Source of the DNA: Ptychomitrium polyphyllum
Lineage: Eukaryota
Assembly (NCBI GenBank): GCA_973851085.1
Contig: OZ316775.1
Coordinates: forward strand, 13,950,001 to 14,014,000
Length of the DNA stretch: 64,000 nt
Direction: 5' to 3'
Below the pieces are notes generated by a model. That model made no database searches. It was not told the DNA's origin and was given only the letters and a program-made list of their open reading frames with translations. Positions 27,701-41,299 of this stretch are shown here, one piece after another. Position 1 is the first letter of the stretch; each line of letters opens with the position of its first letter. A program made the position numbers and the translations under genes.

Positions 27701-30112
27701 ATGGATGAGCAGGGACGGCAGCGCAGCCGGAGTGTGCCGCCGGGGGTCGCGCTCGTGAGGAGGCTGAGGGGCGGTAAGGAGTTTTCCTACTCGACGTACC
27801 GCGCGTCCGTGTTGGTGATCACTTTCATTGCGTACGCGCTCTTTCACATGTCGCGCAAGCCCCCGAGCATTGTGAAGAGCGTGCTGGATCCCGAGGGCTC
27901 TGAGATTTCGTCGCTGGGATCCGGGCACTATGCGCTCCCTGCGTTGCTGAGGCCGTCGTCGTTCAGCAAGTTGTTCTATAATAATGGCACTGGGACCAAA
28001 CCCAACAAGATGGGTCAAGGTGGGTGGGCGCCGTTCGACGGCAAGGACGGGAAGAACCGGCTCGGGGAGACAGACGTTGCGTTTCTGGCGTCGTATGCGT
28101 TTGGGATGTACTTCGCGGGGCATTTAGGCGACCGGCTGGACCTGCGGAAGTTTCTGTCAGCGGGCATGCTCGGAAGCGCCTTCTTTGTGTGTTTGTTCGG
28201 CATGGGGCGGTTCTGGAACATTCACCGTCTGGGATATTTTTTGCTGGTGCAGATGGCGGCGGGGTTGTTTCAAGCCACGGGATGGCCGTCCGTGGTCACC
28301 ATCGTGGGCCACTGGTTCGGGAAGAAGAGGCGGGGGTTGATAATGGGCGTCTGGAACGCGCACACCTCTGTGGGCAACATCCTCGGATCCTTAATTGCAG
28401 CTTCCGCGCTCAAGCTTGGATGGGGGTGGTCTTTCATCATCCCTGGCATAATTCTGGGTGGCGGTGGTGTTTTGGTGTGGTCATTCCTCGTTGTGGATCC
28501 TCTTGATGTGGGCCTGCCGTCGCCCAATGAGACAGAAGCCGCTGCAGAGCTAGGTTAGAAGATTTCTCTCTCGTATTTTGAAATTCAATGGGTGAGTTAT
28601 GTTTCGCTGTGATGTGCAAAGCTATTTAGATTGGTCAATTTTGTAACACTGTGTTGGCTTTGTGTTGATGCAGCCGATGAAGCACTAGTAAATGCAGAGT
28701 CTTGTTCCGGGCAGGAAGGTTTGGTAGTAGGAGAGAACAAGCATACGAGTGCGGCGGTTGAATCTGAGTCAGTGAAGGGTGATGCTGAGGAGGGAGATGT
28801 GGAGTCACAACAGTTTGTTGGCACGAAGCAAGAGGTGCCGAAGTTGGGCAGGAATGATGCCGCGGTGGGGTTTCTGGAGGCATGGCGAATCCCTGGTGTT
28901 GCCACTTTTGCCTTGTGTTTGTTCTTCTCCAAGCTTGTGGCGTATACCTTTTTGTACTGGCTCCCATTCTACATCCGACAGACACGTACGTTCAATGATA
29001 TCCTTCGTTCTCCTCGTCTGTTCTACATGAGTCTGTAGCTCGCCTGCTTTCTTGTGGGGGTTCACGTTTTTGAGTAATGTTGATTTGAGAGGTGGAATGA
29101 ATCCAATCTAGAAACACTTGAAAGGTACATTATAGTTGACGTAACGGTGATAATGTTACAAATGTTCCTGTGTTTATTCAAGACTAAGAGTTCTGACTGA
29201 CTTTATTTATGTTGATCTGTGACAGCCATTGCAGGGAAAATATTGGATGAGAGAACGGCTGGGCAATTATCAACTCTCTTTGATGTGGGGGGTGTGTTTG
29301 GAGGAATTCTGGCCGGTCACCTCTCGGACAAGATGAATGCAAGAGCCATTACAGCGGCTGGGTTTATGTATTGTGCGATTCCTGCCCTGTTTCTTTATAG
29401 GACCTATGGCAGTGTCTCCCTGACGCTTAATATAATACTGATGGTAGTTGCGGGGATGTTGATCAACGGGCCTTATGCTCTTATCACGACTGCTGTTTCT
29501 GCTGACCTTGGGACACACAGCTCCTTGCAAGGGAACGGGAGAGCCTTAGCTACTGTCACAGCTATTATTGATGGAACGGGTTCTATGGGGGCAGCGATTG
29601 GGCCTTTGCTTACGGGATATCTTTCAGGCCATGGATGGAATGCAGTTTTCATTATGCTGATGTTAGCTGCTCTCTTTGCTGGCCTGCTCTTGACTAAGTT
29701 GGTCGTAGCCGAGGTGGTGGAAAAGCTTGTACCGTATCAAAGACTTGAAAATCTTGCGGATTCTACTCGACAAGAATTGACTGGTATTTTCTTTCACCCT
29801 TTTTTAGTAGATAATGTGGATCAATCAGTTAGGTTAAACGGGTCTTGTGGTGCCATGAGATAGTGGCAAGTCTGCGTTCGATGGATTACGACTTTCATAG
29901 TCCATGCCTTCAGCTTCTTGCTTCTACATTCCACATGGAGTTTAGAGGTATCCAATGGAACGAAGATCCAGCGGAGGACATGCATGTTGGTCCTACCTGC
30001 TGGATCCATCACCAAACATGACGAAATATCATGAAGCAACATCTAGGCTGTTAAACTTACAGTTTGTCTTCTGTTTGTACCAGATTTGTTGCTAGGAGGG
30101 GGGAGGAAATGA
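27701..30112 (+). CDS. Glycerol-3-phosphate permease / sugar-phosphate exchanger (MFS, GlpT/SLC37/G3Pp family); exons 27701-28553, 28674-28985, 29226-29783, 30084-30112 (last exon tentative)
   Basis: [66 protein letters not shown] and AIIDGTGS motifs; GT-AG junctions preserve frame. Confidence 0.93.
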
Positions 30113-33100
30113 GGGAAAGGGATATTATGTGAAGAACGAGAAAATTAATGCTCTTTGGAGTTCTGTCCCACATGGCGATATTATTTCAGTTACAGATGTA
30201 CATATATTCAAGGCTTTGCATATGACAACTCCATGTGCTTATCGTATACTATCTTCATCAGATAAGGACTTTCCCGACACATTTCGGGGTCGTATAGATG
30301 AATCTGCAAATTTTTATTCACGCTCTATTATCTGTTGCAGAGTTGTGACGGGCTGCTATCAGGCTGGGCATATCTAGTTCGCTGGCGTTTCATGGGAATT
30401 TATATTGGCCGTGTGCATCAATACATGCTGCACTGCTACGGTTTGGCTTCATATTTGTTACCAAGAAGGTTCACATGGTAATTTCATGTATCCCTGTCTG
30501 ATTCGGCATGGTGGAGGTGGAAAGAAAAAATCATCGCGTCGAGACATGTTTGAGTGCTCTTCATTACAACCAAGCAAGCAGCTAAGTACAGGTGTCGACC
30601 CCCTGGTGATGTTCAATTGGCTTGGAGTTCAACTTCCTTGCAGAGATATGGGGCGCAAGTCACGTTGAACGAACTGAGCAAGCTCACTCTTGATGAAGAT
30701 AGATTTTTTAATTACCTATCCTAGAGAGAGGGAGCCTTTTTATACGATGGAATCCATCGGTCCTGCTCCTTAGATGAGGTCACCACATTGAGTGTACAGT
30801 GAGTTTGGGTTAAAGGAAAATTTTGCCCCAGTCTTTATACAGATTTAACCATTATTATTTTCACACCAGACACGGATTGGAATAAATTGTTGGGGATTTC
30901 ACCCATATCAGTTGAACAGACTACCGACTCCCCTTCATTGCTCGATAATTTTCTTTCTTCTGTGGATCGTTGAGAGATCGGATCTGTCTTCACGCAGGGT
31001 GTGGTTGAACGCTGTGTCTGACTATAATGCTGTAGGAGCAGAATATCGAGAAGGCTTGGCAGAGAAAGTGATTAAGCTGTTTTTCTTTAATACTATTCTT
31101 GCTATGTAATAGAGCTGTAATGCTTCTCATAATTTGGTGAATACCGGTATCTCCACTTTCAGACTATGCTGCTCCAAAAAGAGTTATTGTTTTGAATTTA
31201 TCAAATGCTAACCCATCTGTACTTCTCAGCCTTTCAGAACATCATTTCAGTCACCCGAGTGCTGATATGAGTGGTGTTGCAGCTACTAAGAGATCCGGTC
31301 AGTTCCAGGCCTCAAATGATGGCTGTTGGGAAGAAAGAAAGGGAGGAGAGCTATGTAGACAGGGGAAGGAGAGATGGAGTTAAGGAAAATTGAGTTCTTT
31401 CTTCCATAGCATTCTAAAACAACGAAGGGAACTATGAATCCAAATACATTTTATGTATAATTTTATATAGATATATTTTAAGTAATGTTTTAAATTCAAG
31501 ATTTCAATTTGAACATGATGAAGAATTGAAAACAGTCACAAAGCAAATAGCATGTATCAATACAAAAGAGCTTATAAACAAGAAGAGTTATTCAAAGCAA
31601 AAACAAAGAAATATGTCTTCAACTAAAATTAAGAAAATTGAAAAAAAAGTGATTTTATATTACTATATATAGTACAATGAAAACCCTTATGGTTCCTAGA
31701 TGTTTGTCTTTCAATCCATCAATACTTATAAAACTTGCATTACATGCTATCACATCAAAGATGTTCTCAAAAAAAAAAATTGCTTAAAGTAACATTCTTT
31801 TTATTTTATTTGTACAATTTTTTAAAGTTTAAAATAAACAAGGTTTTTGTGAAATTTTTGATGTTTTCCTAATTTTTAGGATAAAAAATAAATGGGAAAA
31901 TTATCCAAATTAAATAGAATTCAAATTTCAAATATTGGACATTATTGCAATTAAATAAATATAAATATCTTTTCATCTAGTTGGTATTCTAAAACTTACT
32001 AAGAACTTTAGATTTAACTATAAATCTTCTAACCTTCAATGTATAAACGGAAAATACTTCTATACCCCAATTTTACCATTTAGAAGTTATTTTATGTATT
32101 TTGGAACACCTATTTAGACTAGATTAAAACTTTTCTTTGATTGAATTAGGCTAACAGATATTTTAAAATCATGAGCGTTATTTTAAGCAAGAATGTTACT
32201 GACAATGTTAGTTCGTTATCTGCTTTTATTTTAGGCAGGAACTATTGTCAATTTTAGAATGCTAAAAAAGGAAAGATCAGAAACTATACTTACTTCACTT
32301 TGTAAATCCTGAAATCAGCTATATATGCTACTCACTCAGTTAAGCTAACATCCCAAGACCACATCCTTGCAAAGGCCAAGGCCACATGGTCATGCTAGCA
32401 CACTAGTCTGGTTCTGGAATCACATCAAGTTGACCAGCTGGTCATCAAGCCAACCCAAAAGCTAGCCCTCGTGTCCTCTCAGCTACTGTACAATCTAGGT
32501 GTTACAGTACGTGGAAGGTTGCAAGGTTCTTCTTTGACCAAGCCAACAATGTGTATCTTGGTATAAGATATATATTCCATCTCTTTGCATTCTACTGGAT
32601 ACTCCACAATTGAGCATCGTCTGCTCCAGCCTCATGTCAACCTCATAGTATGGAGAAAGTTTGCATTCTGGCAGCATATATAGAGCACCCTATCCATTAT
32701 ATGCACATGTCCTCCTTCATGTGCTACAACCCTTGAGTTGGCTCTTTGATATGCATTTGGACACATCTTGATTTTCATTTCCTGCTAGATCTTGTATGTA
32801 GGAGGGTAATGTTTTGTGGCATTTGCTACTGGTTCAATTTATGTCAACAGTTTAGCAATATTTTGTTACTACCTTTGAGTGTGATACTCAATCCTCATTT
32901 AACCTGCAAAGTCTTTATCATCAACTTGCTTTTCTAGTTCTAGTTCCTAGTAAGATCCTTCATACAAAATATTGTGATCATGACTAACTTCTATGCTTTG
33001 ATCATAGGTACAACCTTTTACCTGAGACGTAAGTAACAATTGTCTAGGTAGCTATAGAAGGATGTAGAGTCAATTATCCTCTTCTCTGACCTTGTGAAAG

Positions 33101-35836
33101 TTACTTACCACCAGAATATCATTTGTATCTTGAAACTTTATAAACCATGGCAAAACAAGCTTTCCTTTAAAGGTTTGTTAATATGCTCACTGTAACCATG
33201 GTCCTCATATTGGCTTAGCCACAAACGGTAGGAGACCCTTGGCTCCTGGGACCTCCCCATACAACATTCTTTAATGTATAACATAAAGTTATGGTGCATA
33301 TTGCAGTTAATGTCATCCAGGATCATGGCAATCTATGGTTAAACCTAGCAAAACTCAATACTAAGCTTTCAATGGTGATACTGGAACTGATTAAGGAGGA
33401 CTGCATTTATGGTGTTTTTCACACGCATGGGAAGCCAATCGCCTCTGTTGATGTATTTGTGGGGAATGGTGGCTCTGCTAACTTGCCAAGTAATTGCTTT
33501 GGAAGGGATTGCCAGTGGACCAGAAGTAACTGGGGAATACACAGTGGTGCCATGACCTTATATTCACAATAGAGCCAGCCACCTTAGTTTTGAATTCTTG
33601 TACAGTAATTTAGTTAGTTATTTGAAGAAAGCATGATACTGAAGAACAATAACATTATTGCACATTTTGAAGCAGCTCATTCTCACCTTTAAAAGTAGGA
33701 AACCAACAACAAATGATAGTCAGGGCATGTAATATTAATTGGTTGAAAGTTGGAATGTAGTTTGATGATTTGGTCCACAAATTCCTTCAATCTTAACTCC
33801 AATAAAATAATACCTTTGACTGATGAAATTATTCTTATAAGAGGGTGTTTAGAGAGTTAGTACAAAATGTTATGAACAAGAATAATTCCAAATTAATCAA
33901 TAGGAAGTGTGTTTACTTCAGGAATTGCTGGTACTACAGGATCCTTCTCAAGGGAGACTACATAGTTTCATTGACCTAATGACCATACAACACACAGGTG
34001 ACTTTGGCTGAGAATTGAGTTGATTATCTGGTTTTCAACCAATAAAGAAGTAGCTTTACTTTTGAATTTTCTTTGTAATCATTAATATGAATCTGCTCAG
34101 TCTCAAGTAAGTTATGTTCTCACTTGTCATTCATCATTTCACATGCATCCATCAATGTTGATTATGCAGAAAAGATTGTGCTCTGTTGTATAGTACAGAT
34201 TTCCAAATTTGCAGAGTAGCATGCTGTGCCCTATTGAAACAGTTTGGTCAGGCCAACCAGCAGGATGCGGAGGTATCTGGATAGTCCCTAACTTTAATGT
34301 GTACTTACTGCTCAAGAATACACTCCATTATAAACCAATGAACTCAAAACTAAATACTGTAACACCATGGGGAAATTCATCTAGCTGGCATTTTACATAT
34401 TAACCATCGTCATATAATAACTCAATCAGTTTGAAATTGTCTCTTGAAAGTTGGGACGCATGATTCACCACTGACTTCAATGCATAAATTCAGAACACCT
34501 AAGACAGTATAATGTTTCTTCTAAAAAGTCCTACAAATCACATAAATCTATGTTGAAATCAAACACTAATGAACTGACATAACCATTTGATCTTCAATCG
34601 TTCCCTTGTGCAAAGAAACACCATCAGGAGTTAGCTTCTAGTGTATGCAGTGAAAGAGGCATTGTTGTATACTGGCAGTCTGGCTAACTTGATGATCTCA
34701 TCTTGGAAAAGCTCGGGACCCTTTCAATACGAAACATTGTACATAATCGATTTCAGCACATGCAAAATATCGTAACCTGAATGCGTGCACGAACACAAGC
34801 TTGTCACTCAACATAAGTGGGTTTGTTGTTTCCCTCACCTGCTCACTCTATTGTTAATTCTATCGTCACAAACTGATAAATAATCCTGGAAGTCATCTAA
34901 TGTATACATCATAGGTGACTACTCTCTGAATGTAACTCAAGGACTACACGCTGATGACGAAGGAGTGTACAAAACGTATCAATGGGATGGATATTTATTT
35001 ACAAACAGCTGAGGAAATGGCTTGATTTACGATAATAGAAGTAGGTGCAATATTTACGACAGATATTTGAAGATTTGAAGAACATTCCTCAATCTTCTGT
35101 GAATACAAGATGATGGAAGTTATACATTTGGGAACTCAAAGCTTGCAGAACGTTTTGGGTCATGTTACAATTTTTGATTATGGCTTCTATGAGGGTCTAA
35201 AAGAGAGGGAGCTGCTCACGGATACCCAGGTCAACCTCAATTTTCTTCAGCAATGTCACCCCATGAATGAAGGTGCAGTAGGTAACAACCACGATATCCA
35301 GGAAGAATAAAATACACTGAATTCCGATGCAATTCACCACAAGCTGGTTGTGTTTCACTTCACGACTGTTGCAAACAAGGACAGAGAAATCACCTCACGT
35401 GAATCAATATCCTTATCCTTCTTCAGAGATGCCTTGAACTGTCTACCTGCCAAGCCCCCACCCCAAAGTAACAACAACGTCAGGCATTAAAAACGGATGT
35501 AACAGCCGCGTACGCCTATTTGCAGTTTCTCTTCGTGCAGAGATGACTTTCGTTGACCCCAGATTCCAATGAAATCATCTCCCCAAACAAGCAAAACAAT
35601 TTATTGATTGCTTTCTCCAACTGACTATTTGAACATGATCTCGAAGTTAAATGAAAATTTTCATGCACCCGGATTCTGACGGGAACCTCCACAGCACTGT
35701 ACAAAGCACTCCACGAGCGTGAAGAGATGAACACAACTCCTTCGCATTATAAAAGAATTGAAGATTCTGAGTGTGGGACAACCTACAGAAATTCTCAAAA
35801 TCCATACCTCAACCGAACTCGAACATTTGTAATCTT

Positions 35837-37231
35837 CTAACCCTCAACACTCGCCTTCCTTCTGCCAGCCATATAAAGAGGCAAGTCTGAACCGTAAGCC
35901 CCTGTAGGAAACTTATTCTGATTTTCCAAACCACGCCCTGTTTGATTCTCCTGGACTTCACTTAATGCTTTCCATTGATCGTGAAACTCTTGCTGCACAT
36001 CTGTAGATCCCCTTGACGGAGTATCCCCATGAATCTCCATTGTCCTCGGGGGCAGGTACAGTGGACTAGGCTTACTGCTAGAAGACGATAATGTCCTTGA
36101 CAACGAACTGCTTTTACTACCCAGCGAGGTTTGAGAGTGCGGGTCCTGTATCGCCATCACAGAAGGGGAGGACAACGCCGACTTGGACATGGGAACGTCA
36201 GCGTCTGGCTTGGGTGAAGGGCCACGGGACAATGGGTAACGTCTCACGTCTGAACCCGTCACAGGCTGTGTTCTACTGCTGTCAGAGGCCATAAACCTCC
36301 TCGGTGTTCCTTTAGGCGTATCAACTTTAAACGGACTTCGCCGACTACCGGATCGAGAGAAGAACATCCAAGGTGATGTCTTACTGCTTGGGTGTGGCAC
36401 TGGTTGCAATGGTGAAGGAGCATCGTAGCCTTGGTTACCATCTGGAGTTCGGGGTCCATCCTCTGACGCTGCAGGAACATCCGCATCGCGCTTTCCTTCT
36501 CGACTGCTCTTACTCCTTCGCCACCGCGTTCGAGAGTCGTCCGAATTACTTGATCTCTGGGTCAATTTAGATATGAAAGAAGACGAACCTGTCCACGCAC
36601 TGCTGCTTGAATTGCGCTTTGACTCCCCATCCACGCCTGCAGACGACTCTGCTAACGGTGTCAATTTTCCACTTATACCTGAATGTTGGCCATTGTCAAA
36701 CTTCTCCTTCCTCTCCACCTCATTCGTTCCACTGTGCCCATGCGCCCTACTGTGATGCTTATCTCTCACCCCTGCAGTCTGCTTCCTTTTGTCTTCAGGA
36801 TGCCTATCCGATTTCCACAGTGAGGTGAATGCACTTCGGATCGATGCTATCCGATTAACAGCAACCCCCCAAGAAAGTCTAGACTTTGCTCCACTACCAT
36901 CCTTCGGTCTTCGAGAATCCGATGTGATCCCATCCTGTGAACTGAAACCTCCCTTGGGTTTCGATTCCTTTCGGCTACGAGTTCGATAACTCACACTTGG
37001 ATAACTAGGTTGAAAGCTCTGACCGTTGTTATCCCTCTCTCGTGAAAACTCTGCTACAGAAGTTGATGAGAAACCTCCGGTATAACTATCAGGTGGTTCT
37101 TGATGCTCTCGTTGGTATGCAGCAAGCTTCTCAAGAGATATTCGTAGGCAAATTGCACAAACACCGTCACCTTGTTGCCTAGGGTGCCATTTGCAAATCC
37201 CAGGCCGTGAGCTTCCTCCGCCGTCCCCCAT
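35837..37231 (-). CDS. 464-aa Ser/Arg/Pro-rich protein with an N-terminal CxxHP...GVCAxCL (DUF740/OCTOPUS-like) motif
   Basis: Uninterrupted ORF; CKWHPRQQGDGVCAICLRISLEKL; in-frame TAG four codons upstream fixes the ATG; the remainder is low-complexity. Confidence 0.8.
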   Translation of the reverse strand: MGDGGGSSRPGICKWHPRQQGDGVCAICLRISLEKLAAYQREHQEPPDSYTGGFSSTSVAEFSRERDNNGQSFQPSYPSVSYRTRSRKESKPKGGFSSQDGITSDSRRPKDGSGAKSRLSWGVAVNRIASIRSAFTSLWKSDRHPEDKRKQTAGVRDKHHSRAHGHSGTNEVERKEKFDNGQHSGISGKLTPLAESSAGVDGESKRNSSSSAWTGSSSFISKLTQRSSNSDDSRTRWRRSKSSREGKRDADVPAASEDGPRTPDGNQGYDAPSPLQPVPHPSSKTSPWMFFSRSGSRRSPFKVDTPKGTPRRFMASDSSRTQPVTGSDVRRYPLSRGPSPKPDADVPMSKSALSSPSVMAIQDPHSQTSLGSKSSSLSRTLSSSSSKPSPLYLPPRTMEIHGDTPSRGSTDVQQEFHDQWKALSEVQENQTGRGLENQNKFPTGAYGSDLPLYMAGRRKASVEG

Positions 37232-39250
37232 TGCCCTAAATCTCTATTGAGCAGAAGCTCCTTCACTTCTCCATAACCATGGACCAGTATGTTCTTGTCC
37301 TGGTGTCCAAGACCATGAGCAGGTGTGTAGGTGTGTACGAAAAGACTAGATTGGAAGAGCTTTTATTTCCATGTAAAGCTTCAATTTTGAACCTGCAGAT
37401 AAGGTTCCAGTGCAAAGTAGTGTCATGACAAAGAGAATAATGCATTAGACTTCAAGCATCAGTGAGTATTAAACAAAGGTTCGAATACGATTGTGTTACA
37501 CTCATCAGGTCGACATTTAGTAAACAAAAAAAGAATACTGGGCTTTTAAGCAGCCGTGCACTCTTGATTTTACCACTTAACCAAGCAACCAACAGAAAGT
37601 TCAGAGCAAAATCATATCTGAGCAACCAGAGCTCTAGAAGTTCTTCACCAACAAAGTGCCCCAAAAGGTGTCCTAATCATATCTCACACCTGCTGATAAA
37701 ATACACAATGAAGTATGAACAATAGATATATTAAATTTGCCATCAATTTATTTCACAAAATAAAACAAGCAAAAAATATGTCGGCAGTCTACAAGAGCCC
37801 AAGAAGCTAAGTAGCAGGAAATGCACACTTGGGTCAACCGGAAAACATGCTATAAACGATCTCACATGATCAATAAAAAACTTACATCAAGAGCAAAGCA
37901 TGTCGTACCTGCTTCTCATGAGTTCCATTCACTGCCTCTCTGAGGCACCCTCTGCTATATCACTGCTCTTGGTTTGTGCTACAAATTCCAGAAACATCCT
38001 GTAAGTCATGAAACAAAACAATTCAATTTCAAGACGAAAAACACGAGACCTGTAGCACAACAGTGACTGGACAGTAGCATGAAGAGGTGATAACAAACCA
38101 ATAAATTAATAAACTGCTACATGCACTTCACGATCCTTCAGCAGTGGCCTTGATAGTTTTAGAAGGAGAACATTCCCCCAACCACATACTCCTCGCCTCT
38201 AATCACTCCACACTAACCTAACTGAATATGCACGGATACAAGAATGTCCTGGATTCCTACACAGGCACTGCCCTGATAAGAAGGATTCGCGCCTCCACAT
38301 CTAAACTAGACACTCTACCCGCTTGCGCTGCTTCGACCAAGCCATACCCAATGCCTACTATTAATCTAACCGCGCCCATTTAGCAGCACTTGCTCTGCTT
38401 TCAACAAACCCTAATGCTAAATCTGCGCTGTTCAACAAGAAATACTTTGCTAACAAGGCAAGGGAGCGGAGACTAAGCAAGATTCCATAAATAGTCGAGC
38501 ACACTAGAATCCTAACCTCACACTACACTGCCGCACACATTGCTCCCCTAGATCAACCATTCAAACCCCAAACGCTCCAACGCCAGATCTGAACAAAACA
38601 CTACCTCTACAAACTTTCCCTCAGCCTCTCAAACCGCCTCTCTACGCGTTCTTTTCCTCTCCAAGCCTACCGATCCTTCTCCTTTCCCACAGAACCAGAT
38701 TGCCACAAAAGACAAATCTCAGATTCCGAAACCGTTCAAAGCGACCTCACACAAACACTAACAGAAACGCCGATCACCTCGTCTCTCCGCTACATACCTA
38801 CCCCATCAAACCCCAACTCTGAATTCTAGCCACTTCAACAAACGACCACCACCCTAACCCCACCCCACACCCCCCAGATCTCTCTCTCATATATATACAG
38901 ACACACACAACCGCCCCTTCCGTCCAGGTATCCTCAATCCCCAGACCTCCTGCTCGAATCGCCCACATAGAACAACAACATACCTCAAACATCCACCAAA
39001 CGACCAAAGCACAGACCTGGATACTTCTCCTGCACCATCGCCCTACCCCACCTCCAAACAACAAAAAGCCTCCAAACAACAAAAAGCCTCCAAACACCCC
39101 ACTTACATACCCTCCTGTTTCCCCTGCTCCCAAATCTCACACAACAAAACGACCATCGACAAACAAGTAAACTAACCACATCCAACGCGTTCCGATCCAC
39201 TCCACCTAACCAACCCTAGAACAACGAACGCCAAAGCACAACGCACCCCG

Positions 39251-39356
39251 TCACCTCTCCTCTCCTCTCTCCTCTCTTCTCTCCTCTCCTCTCCTCTCCT
39301 CTCCTCTCCTCTCACCTCTCCTCTCACCTCTCCTCTCTCCTCTCCTCAGCCTCACC
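39251..39356. repeat. (CTCTC)n / GA-rich microsatellite near the likely 5' end of the DUF740-like gene
   Basis: About 100 bp of ctctc/ctcac pentamers. Confidence 0.9.
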
Positions 39357-41299
39357 TTCACGCCGCCTGGCTCACCATCGATAAGCACGCACAACAGCGA
39401 CGCTGTTTCGCTCAACGCCCGCGAAAGCAACCGAGGATCTCCAACAAACGTCAATCAGGTACTACGCTCCCCTCCTCCGCGCTAGCCTGCCCTACACCAC
39501 TAGGCTCGGCTAGCCTGCACTAGACTAGACTAGCCTCCCCTCGGGTCCGCATAGTGTATCGGCCCCGGGAGTGTGTGCACAAGACAATGATGGCGGCCCC
39601 CGGGATGCAGAAGCTGCACACTGCGACACCGGTGGCGACACAAAAGACACAAAAAGCTCCCTTCGGCGGAATGATTGGGTCTAGGGCAGGGCTTCTGGGG
39701 TTTGGGGACTGTTTTCCTTTAATTTTTGTTTTTGTTTTAGGGGGGCGCTAAGTTTAGCGGCACATGGAAAGGGGTTCTGGTGCCATGATGGCCATTGACT
39801 GCGACGACTCCAGAGTTGGCGAGTAGCGATGCACGGCTCGCACGGGGTTGCACGAGATCATGGGCGCCATTGGGGAGTATCAAGGGCTGGGCTGGGCAGG
39901 GCTGGGCCTCGGCAAGCGCATCCTAAGGCTCCTCGCGTTCCGCTTTTTGCGTGGCAATCAGTACCAGGGGATTGGTTCCTCTCGAGCGAACATAATCGGG
40001 GTGCGCTTATTAGGGCCGCGGTTCCGTTTGAAATGAGCGGATGTTTTTACCGGGCAGGATCGTTTGTGGACTTGTTCTCTCTCGCGGGATTAACTTCTAC
40101 TGCAGTCAGGGATTTTAATTTCCTGGCAGTCAAAAGTCAAATTCGCCATTACTGTGCACCTTTCTTTGGTGTGCAGGGCCTTTAGGTTGCCCTCACTCGC
40201 TAAGGGGAGTGTGTTGACATTTCACGCTATTTATTGGTTATTTATTGGTTTGGTTGGATTCTTGGTATTGGTAGATATACATGAATATTTGTAGATATTT
40301 GGAGAAGGTAGTGTAAGTGTTTTCTTTGTAAATGATTTGGATTATGATACAATGTGAAAGGGTCACAAAAGAAAGTTAAATTTGTATTTAACACTTAAAA
40401 GTTGTTTATCTATTGTATTAATGGTAAATGGATTTTCTATGCACTTTTGTTTTAAATTGAAATTTTATGCATTTATCTATTGTCTTTGGAATGTTTGATT
40501 TTGATGTATAATACATTTTGAAAAGATGAAAAATTATTGATTGATTTTTTATTTGCTTACCATATGGCAGCCCAATGTTTGATTTTGCTAAAATTATTTA
40601 AAATTACCATTAGGTGAAAATTGAATGTTTGTTTTTTTAAAAGCTATGTTTGTTTATGTTTGTTTAAAACTTATTCTTTTCAATTTCAATAAAAATTGAT
40701 CGATTTACAAAAAAAAATAAGATTGATAATTTGTATTGATAAATTTAATTATAACCAATGCCAAGTAATTTTGGTCTTTGAAATAGATAAATCAAATCTT
40801 AATGAAGTTCCAAATTTAAAAACATTGATTTCCTTAAACAATAAATTGATTTTTATGTAATTATGATGTGAGCAGTGAGTAGTGAGCCATGAGATGTGAC
40901 CATTGATCATTGACACATGAGCATTAAATATTAAAATGCAAGTCTTTAATGGTAATAGCTTAAGAATAACCACGTTTTCCAAATTATGCTTCCAAAATTT
41001 GGAGAATATAAACAAATTAGTGAGAAAATATATCATGAGAAGAAAAAGTGAGATTGGCAAAAATAAAAAGACTTAAAACCGTGGATATATTTTCATTGTT
41101 GACAAAGTTGTTGGCAAATGCAATTATAAATTAGAACCCATGCTTATGAGAGTGCTTAAACCTTATATGTGATTGCAAAAAAAGAAACAACAAAAAATGG
41201 AAGACAATGGAAATATTTTTAGAGCACTACAACATCAACTTATACAATACTACAAAGTTCAAATACTTGCATTACTTTAGAAAAGCTAAAAATGGAGCT

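Noticed and set aside
27533..29065. Overlapping antisense and alternative-frame ORFs (e.g. 27533-28123 minus, 28024-28506 plus)
   Set aside because: Shadow ORFs of the GC-rich permease exons with no recognisable motifs.
32300..34400. GC-balanced patches that might be pseudogene exons
   Set aside because: The frames I translated had stops and no recognisable family motif; cannot be supported without a search.
38798..39454. ORFs with GGFLLF and RRGEE repeats
   Set aside because: Translations of an 18-bp tandem repeat (cctccaaacaacaaaaag) and the CTCTC microsatellite.
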